A stretch of DNA of 62,947 nt, filler included, from an uncultured Clostridia bacterium (GTDB lineage Bacteria > CAYTYR01 > UBA6262), in assembly GCA_964441745.1 (NCBI GenBank). It is 5 parts of 4 records of this genome, joined end to end, with 100 filler letters (N's around TTAATTAATTAA, not from the genome) between each part and the next. Parts side by side here need not be neighbours in the genome. Positions count along the whole stretch, not along the records: positions 22,612 to 41,311 come from CAYTYR010000008.1; positions 41,412 to 58,096 come from CAYTYR010000008.1; 3 more parts are not named here. One strand, 5' to 3'. The notes beneath the pieces are model-generated. The model searched no databases. It had not been told where the DNA came from and saw only the letters and a list, made by a program, of their open reading frames with translations. Positions 40,501-50,327 of this stretch are shown piece after piece. Made by a program: the position numbers and the translations under genes. Numbering within the stretch: position 1 is the stretch's first letter; every line of letters begins with the position of its first letter.

Positions 40501-41311
40501 CAGTGGTAGACCCAGCTCTGGAAATGACTGTCACCGGGCCAGACACAGCAGGGCAGGATAGTTTTGACCTGGGGATACTGGTGAAGAACTCTGGACAGGT
40601 CGAAGCAAGCGGTAGTGGTAAATTGGTAGAGTGGTATAGTGGTACAGCAGAAGGAGAAAAGGACATTGGACAATTTACTTTAAAACCCGGTGAGACAAAA
40701 TATATCAGCCAAAGCTGTCAGATCAGCAAAGATACAAATTTTGAGATAAAGTTAACCGGAGATGCAGCCCAGAACATTACCAAAGCAGTGAAGTTCGGTT
40801 GTGCCGCAGTTGTGACTATTACTCCAGACCCAGTCTATCCAGCTTCAACAGCTACCAATAAGCAGATCTTCGAGATCCCGGTAACTATTACTAATACCGG
40901 CACAGTGGATATGCTTTTAAATGCCAAATACCAGATAAGTGATAGTAGTGGTAAAGTGGTAGAGTGGTATAGTGAAAAAACTAAAGAATACTATGTGCCG
41001 GGAGAAGGCGGAGTCTACGACAATCTGGTGCTGGAAGGAGCCCCAGCTGGCGATTATATCCTAAATTATGTTTCAGATTTTGTCAGTGGCTCAGCATTAG
41101 TCAGAGTAGCTGAATTCAATACCGTAGTATGCACAGACCTGCAATATACAGTAAGCGGCTCTACTATCACCGTGAATGCTAAAGTAAAGAATACTGGAGC
41201 TAATGAATTTGTCGGCAACTTCGCCGGAAATTTGAAACAGGGAGAAGCTAAAGCATTTGAAACTGAACAGGAACTCAATCTAGCCATTAATGAAGAAAAA
41301 ATAGTAACATT
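31557..41311 (+). CDS. Giant secreted protein (>3250 aa, truncated): PGAP1-like alpha/beta hydrolase + Ig/CARDB-like repeats + beta-propeller
   Basis: Signal peptide, PVIFIHG, AHSFGG nucleophile elbow, GVPHQGS, GDVVV; Big_5-like domain; repeated (I/V).N.G beta-sandwich units; VWFGT..G propeller blades. Confidence 0.85.
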
Positions 41312-41411
41312 NNNNNNNNNNNNNNNNNNNNNNNNNNNNNNNNNNNNNNNNNNNNTTAATTAATTAANNNNNNNNNNNNNNNNNNNNNNNNNNNNNNNNN
41401 NNNNNNNNNNN
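41312..41411. other. Artificial contig linker
   Basis: N-TTAATTAATTAA-N. Confidence 0.98.
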
Positions 41412-41413
41412 AC

Positions 41414-43033
41414 TTGCGCTGGGGCGCTGCCCGCAAAACTTCCGGGGCTTTACCGCCGCGCCAACAAAAGAAATACGATAAACAGCAGGCCAATGAAGAA
41501 AAAGCCGGATTGACGGACAAGATATTCGTCGCTTTAAAAGATAAGATCGCGTCTGAATCAAAAGCCTTGCCCATTGTGCAGGATATCCAGAATATCAGCG
41601 ATACGATCAAGAACTTTGACGCCAAGCAAATGGTCAGCGCGGAAAACCTGCAATCGCGCGCGGCAGTGGAAAGCCTCTACAATAACTCGGTCGCAAAATA
41701 TGAGCAGTATAAGACTGATGTCACCACTTTGAATGTCGAACAAAAGGTAGCCGACACTAAGCAGGTGATACAGGATGTTCAGGGTCTGAAAGTGAGCACA
41801 ATTGCTGATATCCCTAAAGTACAAGAAGCTATCACTAAGCTGAACAACCAGAAAAAGGTCATTGAAGAGACCTACAGCAAAGTGACTACCCTGAAAAGCG
41901 ATATTACGACACAATTTGCCGATTCCAAAGCCCTGGCCCTGCAGGTAGATGACCTGGTCAAAGCCGACTACCAGAATATACTGGCCAAAGTGAAGATCCC
42001 GGGCTTGGGAGAAAAAGGCGGCCTGGCTAAGGCGATTTTTGGCCAGATGTGGTTTGACCGGGTAAATTCAGTAATGGAATATATCCGCCTGGCACGCAAG
42101 TATATGCCGGCGAAAAAGAAAACTGAGCAGGTGAATGTGAAACCACGCGCGAAGGGTCTGGACATTGAGTTCCGTAAAGATGAAACCCTGCCGAAATTAT
42201 CCGTGCGCAAAATAGCGCTCTCCGGCACTACTGGAGGAGAGGGCAAGAATGTGGCAAGCCCGATCACCGTAGCCGGCGTTGTCAACAATGTCTCGTCAGA
42301 CCAGAAAGTGTGGGGCCAGCCAACTTCTTTTGACGCTAAGGGCGAGGCTTCCGGACGGGTTTATCTTGTAGATGGGCTGTTTGACCATACTGCTGAAATA
42401 GCGACTGACCTGGTAAATATCAAGGCCAGTAATTTCCCCATCGGCGAAATGAGCCTGGATAGCAAAGGATTCCTGCCAAAATTCAAGAAGGGGATGTTTG
42501 ATATAGCTTCACATTTTAAGCTCACCGGAGATGACCTGGATTGCCGGTTGACGCTAAAGATGTATGGTATTGCTTTTGAAATTGAGCCGAGTACCAATGA
42601 CTTAAAGCAGATATTAAATGAGGTTTTTGCCAGTATCCAGGAAATTGACCTAAAGGCGCATATGTACAGCCAAGCGGGTAATTTCCAGACGACAATAGAA
42701 TCCAACCTGGACAATTTGATCGCGGAGAAGATCAAGGCGATCTATGGCCGTAAAATGGAGGAACTCAAAGCCAAAGTCAAGGCCGAACTGGAAGCCAGGA
42801 TCCAAGTGGAAAAAGATAAATTGCTGAAGTTAGCCAATGAAAAGAAAGCTGAACTACTGGAGCAGGTGAATGCCAAGCTTGCTGCCGTGCAGGGCCAGAA
42901 AGACAACCTGACCAAACAGGTAGAGGACTATACCAAACAAATAGCAGGCAGCCAGACAGCGCCGGTCAAGGAAGCGGAAGAGAACATCAAGAACAAAGCC
43001 TCCGACAGCCTGAAAAAGTTATTCGGCAAGTAA
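41414..43033 (+). CDS. TIGR03545-like (AsmA-like) protein, 5' truncated
   Basis: Coiled-coil plus beta-strand region, PRAKGLDIEF, SNLDNLI, C-terminal LKKLFGK. Confidence 0.55.
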   Translation: MRWGAARKTSGALPPRQQKKYDKQQANEEKAGLTDKIFVALKDKIASESKALPIVQDIQNISDTIKNFDAKQMVSAENLQSRAAVESLYNNSVAKYEQYKTDVTTLNVEQKVADTKQVIQDVQGLKVSTIADIPKVQEAITKLNNQKKVIEETYSKVTTLKSDITTQFADSKALALQVDDLVKADYQNILAKVKIPGLGEKGGLAKAIFGQMWFDRVNSVMEYIRLARKYMPAKKKTEQVNVKPRAKGLDIEFRKDETLPKLSVRKIALSGTTGGEGKNVASPITVAGVVNNVSSDQKVWGQPTSFDAKGEASGRVYLVDGLFDHTAEIATDLVNIKASNFPIGEMSLDSKGFLPKFKKGMFDIASHFKLTGDDLDCRLTLKMYGIAFEIEPSTNDLKQILNEVFASIQEIDLKAHMYSQAGNFQTTIESNLDNLIAEKIKAIYGRKMEELKAKVKAELEARIQVEKDKLLKLANEKKAELLEQVNAKLAAVQGQKDNLTKQVEDYTKQIAGSQTAPVKEAEENIKNKASDSLKKLFGK

Positions 43034-43052
43034 CTGTTTTGCAGGGGAGATC

Positions 43053-44063
43053 ATGACCGTGACGACATTAAAAAGAGCTTTGGTTACCGGAGGCGCAGGA
43101 TTTATCGGCTCACACTTATGTGAAGAGCTGTTGGACCGCGGTTTTAAAGTGACGGTAATAGACGATCTTTCCACCGGCCGTAAAGAAAACATCGCTCACC
43201 TCCTGAAAAATAGACATTTTAAATTTTATAAAAATACGATCATGAATGAGCCGTTAATGGCGCGCCTAATCAAGGACTGTGATATTGTTTATCACCTGGC
43301 CGCGGCAGTCGGAGTAAAGTATATACTGGATAATCCGATCCAGGCGATCATTACGAATGTAACTGGCACTGAGAAAGTGATCCGGCTGGCTGATAAGTAC
43401 CATAAAAAAATGATCCTCGCTTCTACCTCAGAAATCTATGGCAAAACTGTCGATTCAGCCAGCAGGGAGACAGATGACAGTTTGGTCGGGCCCACATGTG
43501 TCAACCGCTGGAGTTACTCTAATAACAAAGCGCTGGATGAATTCCTGGCCCTGGCTTATTACAAAGAGAGAAAATTGCCGATCGTGATTGTCCGGCTATT
43601 CAATTGCGTCGGTCCGCGGCAGTTGGGCCGCTACGGCATGGTTTTACCCCGGTTTATCCAAAGCGCCTTGGACAACCGGCCGATCACGGTTTACGGGGAT
43701 GGCTCCCAGAGCCGGACTTTTACCTATGTCAAAGATGTCGTCTGGGCCATAGTAACCTTGAGCCTTTCCAAAAAAGCAGAGGGCCATATTTACAATGTCG
43801 GCAATGATCACGCGATCACGATCAATGACCTGGCGCACAGAATAAAAAAACAAACCGCTTCCCGTTCGAAGATAGTGCATATATCCTATGCCAAGGCTTT
43901 TGGCAAAAGCGCGGCAGACTTTGAAGATATGGATTGCCGGATACCGGATATCACCAAAATTAAAAAAGCGATCAAATATCATCCTTGCTACAATATCGAC
44001 AAGATCATCGAAAATACCATCAACCACTTTAATGACCAAAGGAAGAGTCATGAAAATATCTAG
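43053..44063 (+). CDS. NAD-dependent nucleotide-sugar epimerase/dehydratase
   Basis: TGGAGFIGSH, HLAAAVGV, STSEIYG, YxxxK (YSNNK), RLFN.VGPRQ. Confidence 0.92.
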   Translation: MTVTTLKRALVTGGAGFIGSHLCEELLDRGFKVTVIDDLSTGRKENIAHLLKNRHFKFYKNTIMNEPLMARLIKDCDIVYHLAAAVGVKYILDNPIQAIITNVTGTEKVIRLADKYHKKMILASTSEIYGKTVDSASRETDDSLVGPTCVNRWSYSNNKALDEFLALAYYKERKLPIVIVRLFNCVGPRQLGRYGMVLPRFIQSALDNRPITVYGDGSQSRTFTYVKDVVWAIVTLSLSKKAEGHIYNVGNDHAITINDLAHRIKKQTASRSKIVHISYAKAFGKSAADFEDMDCRIPDITKIKKAIKYHPCYNIDKIIENTINHFNDQRKSHENI

Positions 44064-44883
44064 CGGTTTATTAGCCGGGCTATTGCTGCTGGCCGCTGTA
44101 CGGGCATTATGGGCGGAAGAACAGCCGGTACCTGAATGGCAAGAACAGGTATTGGAATGGCAGATGAAAGAAAAGAACCTGCAGGTAGGAGGATATTCAG
44201 CCAGTATCTATAACGAGATCGGAAAAGTCACGATCGGTGAAAGGAGCGGCCTTTGGCGAACCACCACCGGTGACCTGTCCTTCACGATCAACCAGCATTG
44301 GACGCCATACCTGGAAGCTACGGCTTACAGACGGTTCGGGGAGCCGGATTATACCTGGGCCCTGGGAACCTACGGCAAGCTCAGCCCGTCTGATTATATC
44401 CAGCTAGAAGCCGGATTTGGCACAAACCGCGACTATATCTATAAATGGCAGGCACATGGGGAGTACCAGCACAAACTGGTCCAGAATATTTTCGGGGCTC
44501 TGGGTTACCGTTACAAGGACTACAATACCGCCAAAGTAAATATTATTTCTCCCGGGGTGATCTATTATTTCGGGGATCATTACGCCAGCGCTTATGTTAA
44601 CCTGGCTCATACCAGTGAAAGAGGAACAGCCAACTCAGTGGCGCTGAGGAGTTCTTTTCTCATCCGGCAGATCTTTCATCTTTGGCTGGGCACATCATTT
44701 GGGGAACGCGTTTATGATATCTACGGCCTGTCTGCCTCGGAACAAAAAGGGTATGTAATTTTTTACGGAGTGGATGTCAATATCACTAAATACTTAAATC
44801 TACGACTGGGCTCTTCTTACGGCCGGGAAAAACCTGATTTCCGGATCCGCAGTCTGGATCTGGGACTGGCAGTGAGGTTTTAA
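44050..44883 (+). CDS. YaiO-family outer-membrane beta-barrel
   Basis: Signal peptide from ATG 44050; alternating aromatic strands; terminal Phe; RRFG motif. Confidence 0.7.
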   Translation: MKISSGLLAGLLLLAAVRALWAEEQPVPEWQEQVLEWQMKEKNLQVGGYSASIYNEIGKVTIGERSGLWRTTTGDLSFTINQHWTPYLEATAYRRFGEPDYTWALGTYGKLSPSDYIQLEAGFGTNRDYIYKWQAHGEYQHKLVQNIFGALGYRYKDYNTAKVNIISPGVIYYFGDHYASAYVNLAHTSERGTANSVALRSSFLIRQIFHLWLGTSFGERVYDIYGLSASEQKGYVIFYGVDVNITKYLNLRLGSSYGREKPDFRIRSLDLGLAVRF

Positions 44884-46169
44884 TGTTTAATGTTACCTAC
44901 TTAACCGACTTAGTTATTAAGATTAATCTAATATTACTGGCAGCGGCTTTAATCCTATCGGTCATGATCATTATTTACGCGGTGGCCAGGGAAGCCAGGC
45001 TTAAACAGCGGCAGCAGCGCTTGCAGGAGATACAGAAGCATTTGCAGGATATGACCAGCAGTGACCGGGAAACTAAAACAGTATCCATGCCGGAAATTGT
45101 CAACGGATATACGGCGCAGGATTTCATTAACCTGTCCCGGGATAAGGAACTGGAAGTACCCCCGGAATTGGCGCAAAAAATCAGGAATCATTTCACCTCC
45201 AGCAGTAACATCGCCCAGATCGAAGCAACGGCCAGAAAAAAGGGAAATAAATGGCAGCGCATCGAAGCGATCATCAGCCTGGGCTATATCAACTACCCCA
45301 ATGCAGTGGAAATCCTGAAAGAGTCGCTCTACTCGGAAGATGATGACCTTTCCTACTATTCATTGCGCAGTTTGGGGCAGATCAAAAGTAACGCCGCCGC
45401 CAGGATCCTCCTGGACTTCCTGGGAACGCATAGCGAGACGGGCAATAATATTGCTTTAACCCTGCAAACTTTCCCGCCGGAAGTATCAGCAGAACTATTC
45501 CAAGCCCTGGATAGCCAGTACCAGCCGGTACGATTCTGGGCCGTGAAAGTAATCAATAAATTAAAATTCATGATCACCAGTAATCAGATAGACCGGATCA
45601 TCAAGCTTTCCCAGGATGAAGACTCTGATGTGCGGGCGGCAGCCTGCGAGTGCCTCGGCGGATTATTTTCAACAGGGATCAGGGCCGCTTTAATTGCCCG
45701 TTTGGATGATAGTTTCTGGTTTGTCCGGATGCACGCGGTGCGCGCGCTGGATAATATTTTAGGACCGCTGAGCCTGCCGATAGTAGCCAAAATGATCAAA
45801 GACCCGTCCTGGAAGGTAAAAGAAGCCGTCAAAAATGTGATGGCCCGGAACATTACCGAGGCCTTGCCTTATATTGAAGATAGTTTAGCCGGGGTCTCCC
45901 GTAGTGATGAACCTACCTGCCGGGCATGCGCAGACGCATTAATTGATTCTGGTTATATCCTGACCGTTTTAAAAAATCTCTTAAGCGGGCAACAGGAGCA
46001 GGGAGAGAAAGCCAGGTGCCTGCTGACCGGATTGATCAGGTCTAAAGTATATTTCGGGTTGAAAAAAGCCCTGGAGAATTTCCAGCCGGGAGAACAAAAC
46101 CGGTTGCTCCAGATCATCACTGCTGTGGACAAAGACACGGCCAGGCGTATAGCCGGAGAAAACTTATGA
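44883..46169 (+). CDS. Membrane-anchored HEAT-repeat protein
   Basis: N-terminal TM helix; VRAAACECLG, WFVRMHAVRAL, WKVKEAV repeats. Confidence 0.8.
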   Translation: MFNVTYLTDLVIKINLILLAAALILSVMIIIYAVAREARLKQRQQRLQEIQKHLQDMTSSDRETKTVSMPEIVNGYTAQDFINLSRDKELEVPPELAQKIRNHFTSSSNIAQIEATARKKGNKWQRIEAIISLGYINYPNAVEILKESLYSEDDDLSYYSLRSLGQIKSNAAARILLDFLGTHSETGNNIALTLQTFPPEVSAELFQALDSQYQPVRFWAVKVINKLKFMITSNQIDRIIKLSQDEDSDVRAAACECLGGLFSTGIRAALIARLDDSFWFVRMHAVRALDNILGPLSLPIVAKMIKDPSWKVKEAVKNVMARNITEALPYIEDSLAGVSRSDEPTCRACADALIDSGYILTVLKNLLSGQQEQGEKARCLLTGLIRSKVYFGLKKALENFQPGEQNRLLQIITAVDKDTARRIAGENL

Positions 46170-47581
46170 ACTTTCTCATTCGGCATATTCATATTTTATT
46201 TATTATTTACCTGGTTTATTTTTTGCTCCTGGTAATCTACCAGGTGATACTGGGTGTGATCGGGTTCTTTGAGAACCGCCGGCGGAACAAACAGGATGAA
46301 GCCGAAGATTACACCAGTTTCGCCGAGTCTACCTTCAGCCTGCCAGTCAGCTTTATCGTCCCGGCACGGAATGAACAGGAATGGATCAGCGATAGCATCC
46401 AGTCGATACTGAACCTGAATTATCCAGAGTATGAAATAATCGTGGTCAATGACGATTCCACCGACCGGACCATGGAAGCGCTGGATGAACTGCTGGGACT
46501 GCAGGAACTGACCAATCCTTATAATGACCGTTTCGATGCCGGCAAGATCATCAGTATACACCGCTCCAGGAAACATCCTAACATTACAGTATTGACCAAG
46601 ATCAGCGGCAAAAAGAAAGCCGGCGCGCTTAATGCCGGGTTGAATTTCGCCAAATATAAATATGTCTGCATCCTGGATGCTGATACTATTCTTGAGCCGA
46701 ATGCTTTGCTCAAAATAATGTCGCAGGTGCAGAAAGAACCGGATAACATCATCGGTATTGGCAGTTCTTTTGGCCTGGTGAACGGGTTTAAGGTCAAAAG
46801 CGGAAAAATAGTGGATAAAAGTTTTTCCTATAATCCTCTGCTGGTCTACCAGAACATTGAATATATCCGGTCATTCATCGGCAACCGCATTGCCTGGAGC
46901 CGTTTCAATGCTTCACCGATAGTAAGCGGTGGATTCGGGATCTGGCGCCGGGATATTTTACTGGAATTAGGCGGCTATAGCCATGATTTTACCTGTGAAG
47001 ATATAGAAATGACATTCCGGGCACAGGACTATATTATCAGGAAAGAAAAAGAAAAATATAAGATCTTGATGCTGCCTTATTATGTGGGCTGGACAGAGGG
47101 GCCAAGCAAAATCAGCGGTTTGATCCTGCAGCGGGCCCGCTGGCAAAGAGTCACCCATGAAACAGTAGCTTATTACCTGCATATGCTTTTGAATCCTAAA
47201 TATAAATATTTTGCTTTTATCATTTTCCCTTATTTCATATTTTATGAGGTTTTAGGAGTATTCTTCGAAGTTACCAGTATTGGCCTGGTACTGTTCGGCT
47301 GGTTGGCCGGCTGGCTGGATGTCCGGATGTTCCTGGCCTTATTCTTTTTTATGCTCCTGACCCAAACACTGGTTTCCCTAATCTCCATCGGCGCTTTTAT
47401 CCGGGAAGAAAAAATACTGAAATTAAAAGACACCGTGTATTTCGTGGTCCTGAGCTTTTTTGAATCGTTCTGGTACCGCTGGATAATTTCCCTGGCCAAG
47501 TTATCGGGGACATTCGGCTTTTTGCTCGGGCAAAGGGATTTTGACCAGTACGCGCGTTCTAAAGTAAAGATTGATTCTTAA
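46166..47581 (+). CDS. Processive GT2 glycosyltransferase (PgaC/IcaA-like synthase)
   Basis: PARNE, DDSTD, KAGALN, DAD, CED, QRARW; flanking TM helices. Confidence 0.9.
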   Translation: MNFLIRHIHILFIIYLVYFLLLVIYQVILGVIGFFENRRRNKQDEAEDYTSFAESTFSLPVSFIVPARNEQEWISDSIQSILNLNYPEYEIIVVNDDSTDRTMEALDELLGLQELTNPYNDRFDAGKIISIHRSRKHPNITVLTKISGKKKAGALNAGLNFAKYKYVCILDADTILEPNALLKIMSQVQKEPDNIIGIGSSFGLVNGFKVKSGKIVDKSFSYNPLLVYQNIEYIRSFIGNRIAWSRFNASPIVSGGFGIWRRDILLELGGYSHDFTCEDIEMTFRAQDYIIRKEKEKYKILMLPYYVGWTEGPSKISGLILQRARWQRVTHETVAYYLHMLLNPKYKYFAFIIFPYFIFYEVLGVFFEVTSIGLVLFGWLAGWLDVRMFLALFFFMLLTQTLVSLISIGAFIREEKILKLKDTVYFVVLSFFESFWYRWIISLAKLSGTFGFLLGQRDFDQYARSKVKIDS

Positions 47582-47796
47582 CAGATTTTTTGCTTGACTT
47601 TATCACCAGGATGCATTAGAAGTATTACAATGTATAAAGGGTTCGGGGATCTTCTTCTCCGAAGGTAACAAAATATAGGTGGTCGGGCCGCCATCTGGGA
47701 AATTATCCAGAGGCGATTTATTTTGCCGGTATTGGATAGATTCCATTTACCGGCATTTACTATTAGAAACAACAAAAAATAAAAGGAGGCAGTATC

Positions 47797-48306
47797 ATGA
47801 AGCAAGCTTTAGCAGTAAGGAAATTTTATACATTGTGCCTAATCGTTTTAGGGTTAGCGCTTTTTGCGTGCAGTAAAAAGGCGATCAAGCCAGGAACTGC
47901 TGGCACCACACCTGGGGCGGCAGAAACACCCAAGGTTGAATTGCAGATCAAAGGCCAGACCTTCAATCAAATAATTGACCTGGGTAATGTGCCTTTTGAT
48001 TTTGACCAGTATGAAATAACCCCGGCCGCCAGGGAAGTGTTGATCAAGAATGGCGAATGGCTGATGGCAAATCCAGACAAGGAAATTCTTATTGCCGGTC
48101 ATTGCGACGAACGGGGCACGGTTGAATATAACTTGGCATTGGGCGACAAGAGAGCCAAAGCCGTCCGGGATTATTATTACCGTTTGGGCATAAAATATGA
48201 ACGGATGGCGACGATCTCCTATGGCAAGGAAAAACCATTGGATCCAGGACAGAACGAAGAAGCCTGGGCCAAAAACAGGCGCACTGAAACATTACTTAAG
48301 AAATAA
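47797..48306 (+). CDS. pal: Peptidoglycan-associated lipoprotein
   Basis: Lipobox LFAC; FDFD, GHCDERGTVEYNLALGDKRA, SYGKEKP, NRR. Confidence 0.93.
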   Translation: MKQALAVRKFYTLCLIVLGLALFACSKKAIKPGTAGTTPGAAETPKVELQIKGQTFNQIIDLGNVPFDFDQYEITPAAREVLIKNGEWLMANPDKEILIAGHCDERGTVEYNLALGDKRAKAVRDYYYRLGIKYERMATISYGKEKPLDPGQNEEAWAKNRRTETLLKK

Positions 48307-48353
48307 GGCCACTGGGCACAGGAGAGACAGCCATAAAAATTAAAATATTATGC

Positions 48354-50309
48354 ATGGTAATATTTTTGAGTTTGGGGACTAACTCCCTCTGTTCACAGGA
48401 AAAGACTGCCCTCAAAGACACTCTACTGGCAGAAGGATTATCTTTCCAGGAACAGGCGAAATATCAGGAAGCTATCGGCAGGTATAAGCGCTTGTTGGCC
48501 CTTGACCCGGCTAATAAGGATGGATTGCGTTTGCTGGGGCTTTGCTATTATAATAGCAATAAGCTGCCGGAAGCGCTGAAATACCTGACCCTGGCCGGTA
48601 ACAATGATGCGGGGAACTATGAGATCTTCTTTGCGCTTGGGAGAGCCTACCTGGAAACAGGGAACCTAACCCTGGCCGAAACAAACTTCCGGAAAAGTAT
48701 TGAGCTGAACACGCATTTTAACCTGGCCTATTACTGCCTGGCGCAAACCCTGGAAAGGAACAACGACGACCAAGCTGCTTTATCCTCTTACCTGCAAGCC
48801 TGGAAAAAGGATACCAGTTTTGCCGAGATACGACTGGACCTGGCCAGGTTATATGAAAAATTACAGCGCTATAATGAGGCCTGGGAACAGTATGCCAGGA
48901 TCCAGATGTTAAACCCGGCTCATCAGCTGGCGGGCGCCAAAAAAACTGAATTATTACCACGGCTGACCAAAAAACCTGAAGAAATAATTCCTCCAAAAAG
49001 AATAGCCAAAGCCACATTGATACAACCCATTACCTCTGCTGCGGCTATCCCAAAGATCAGGGTAGGTATCGGGACAGCAGGCAAGGGACTCCCTGTCGCC
49101 AAAGACAGCATCGAGTTACGCTGTTCCGCGCCGTTCACGGTATATAGCAGTATCGATAATATGGTCATTGGGCGCGGCCTGAAAGAACAGCCTTATCGAA
49201 TCACCATTAGAGATAGTAAGACTATGATCTTCTCTGATCCGCAGGAAAAGGTGATCTTAGAATCGCGGGATACGATACTGATCAAGCCGGAAAACACCAG
49301 CTATAATTCCCTGATCATCTCGCAGATTGAATTTGCCGGAGGATTTTCCTGGGGCGGGAAAGAGGACCGGGAATACCGGGGAGAGCTGGAAATCTCTATC
49401 CAGGAAACCAAAGGGCTGAATATAGTCAATTTGGTGAATTTGGAGGAGTACCTATACAGCGTCTTGCCCAGCGAAATGATCTCTTCCTGGCCCATGGAAG
49501 CCCTGAAAGCCCAGGCCGTGATAGCCAGGGGAGAAGCCTGGTACAAGAAAAATTACTACCAACCGCATCAGGCCTCAGGATATGACGTTTGCGATAGCCA
49601 GCATTGCCAGGTCTACAGCGGGGTTAAAAGCGAAAATAAGCGGGCCAGGGAGGCGGTAGAAGGCACCAGGGGCGAATTGCCGGTGTACCGCGGCAAGATA
49701 GCTCATACTTTGTATTCTTCAAATTGCGGCGGCCATACTCAATCATCCAGCGAACTAAAAGGCTGGGGGGATGAACCTTACCTTAAAAGTGTTCCAGACA
49801 GTGCTCGGGGAAGCTTCCCGGTAACAAATATAGAACTGGATAACTGGCTCAAGCACGAACCTGATGTTTATTGCCACTTGCCTAAATACTGCTATCCGGC
49901 GGAGTTCCGCTGGGCCAGGATATTCAAGCGGGAGGACCTGGAAGCACGCCTGAATAAAGATTATGCCTGCGGCAAGATCAAAGCCCTCATCCCTAAAAAA
50001 AGAAGCAAATCCGGGCATATTAATGCCCTCCTGATCAAAGGGACAAAGCGGGAGGCGCTGATCGAAAAAGAACATCTGATACGGCAGGCTATGGGATTGG
50101 GATCCCTGCGCAGTACCCTGTTCCTGGTGGAAGCTAAAATGGGCGCAGGCGGTTTGCCGGAAAGCTTTACCTTCTATGGCGGCGGGTGGGGCCATGGGGT
50201 AGGAATGTGCCAGACCGGTGCGGCTGGCATGGCGGAACAGGGAAATGATTATCAGGCAATCTTAAAACATTATTATCAAAGAATAGAAATAGAAAAGAAA
50301 AAATACTAA
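48354..50309 (+). CDS. TPR + SpoIID/LytB peptidoglycan lytic transglycosylase
   Basis: N-terminal TPRs; LEEYLYSVLPSEM, ALKAQAV.AR, CQVY, GWGHGVGMCQ. Confidence 0.9.
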   Translation: MVIFLSLGTNSLCSQEKTALKDTLLAEGLSFQEQAKYQEAIGRYKRLLALDPANKDGLRLLGLCYYNSNKLPEALKYLTLAGNNDAGNYEIFFALGRAYLETGNLTLAETNFRKSIELNTHFNLAYYCLAQTLERNNDDQAALSSYLQAWKKDTSFAEIRLDLARLYEKLQRYNEAWEQYARIQMLNPAHQLAGAKKTELLPRLTKKPEEIIPPKRIAKATLIQPITSAAAIPKIRVGIGTAGKGLPVAKDSIELRCSAPFTVYSSIDNMVIGRGLKEQPYRITIRDSKTMIFSDPQEKVILESRDTILIKPENTSYNSLIISQIEFAGGFSWGGKEDREYRGELEISIQETKGLNIVNLVNLEEYLYSVLPSEMISSWPMEALKAQAVIARGEAWYKKNYYQPHQASGYDVCDSQHCQVYSGVKSENKRAREAVEGTRGELPVYRGKIAHTLYSSNCGGHTQSSSELKGWGDEPYLKSVPDSARGSFPVTNIELDNWLKHEPDVYCHLPKYCYPAEFRWARIFKREDLEARLNKDYACGKIKALIPKKRSKSGHINALLIKGTKREALIEKEHLIRQAMGLGSLRSTLFLVEAKMGAGGLPESFTFYGGGWGHGVGMCQTGAAGMAEQGNDYQAILKHYYQRIEIEKKKY

Positions 50310-50327
50310 CCAAAAAGGGGAAAAGGG

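Noticed and set aside
43888-44049. N-terminal extension of the YaiO-like ORF
   Set aside because: It overlaps the epimerase; the signal peptide begins at ATG 44050.
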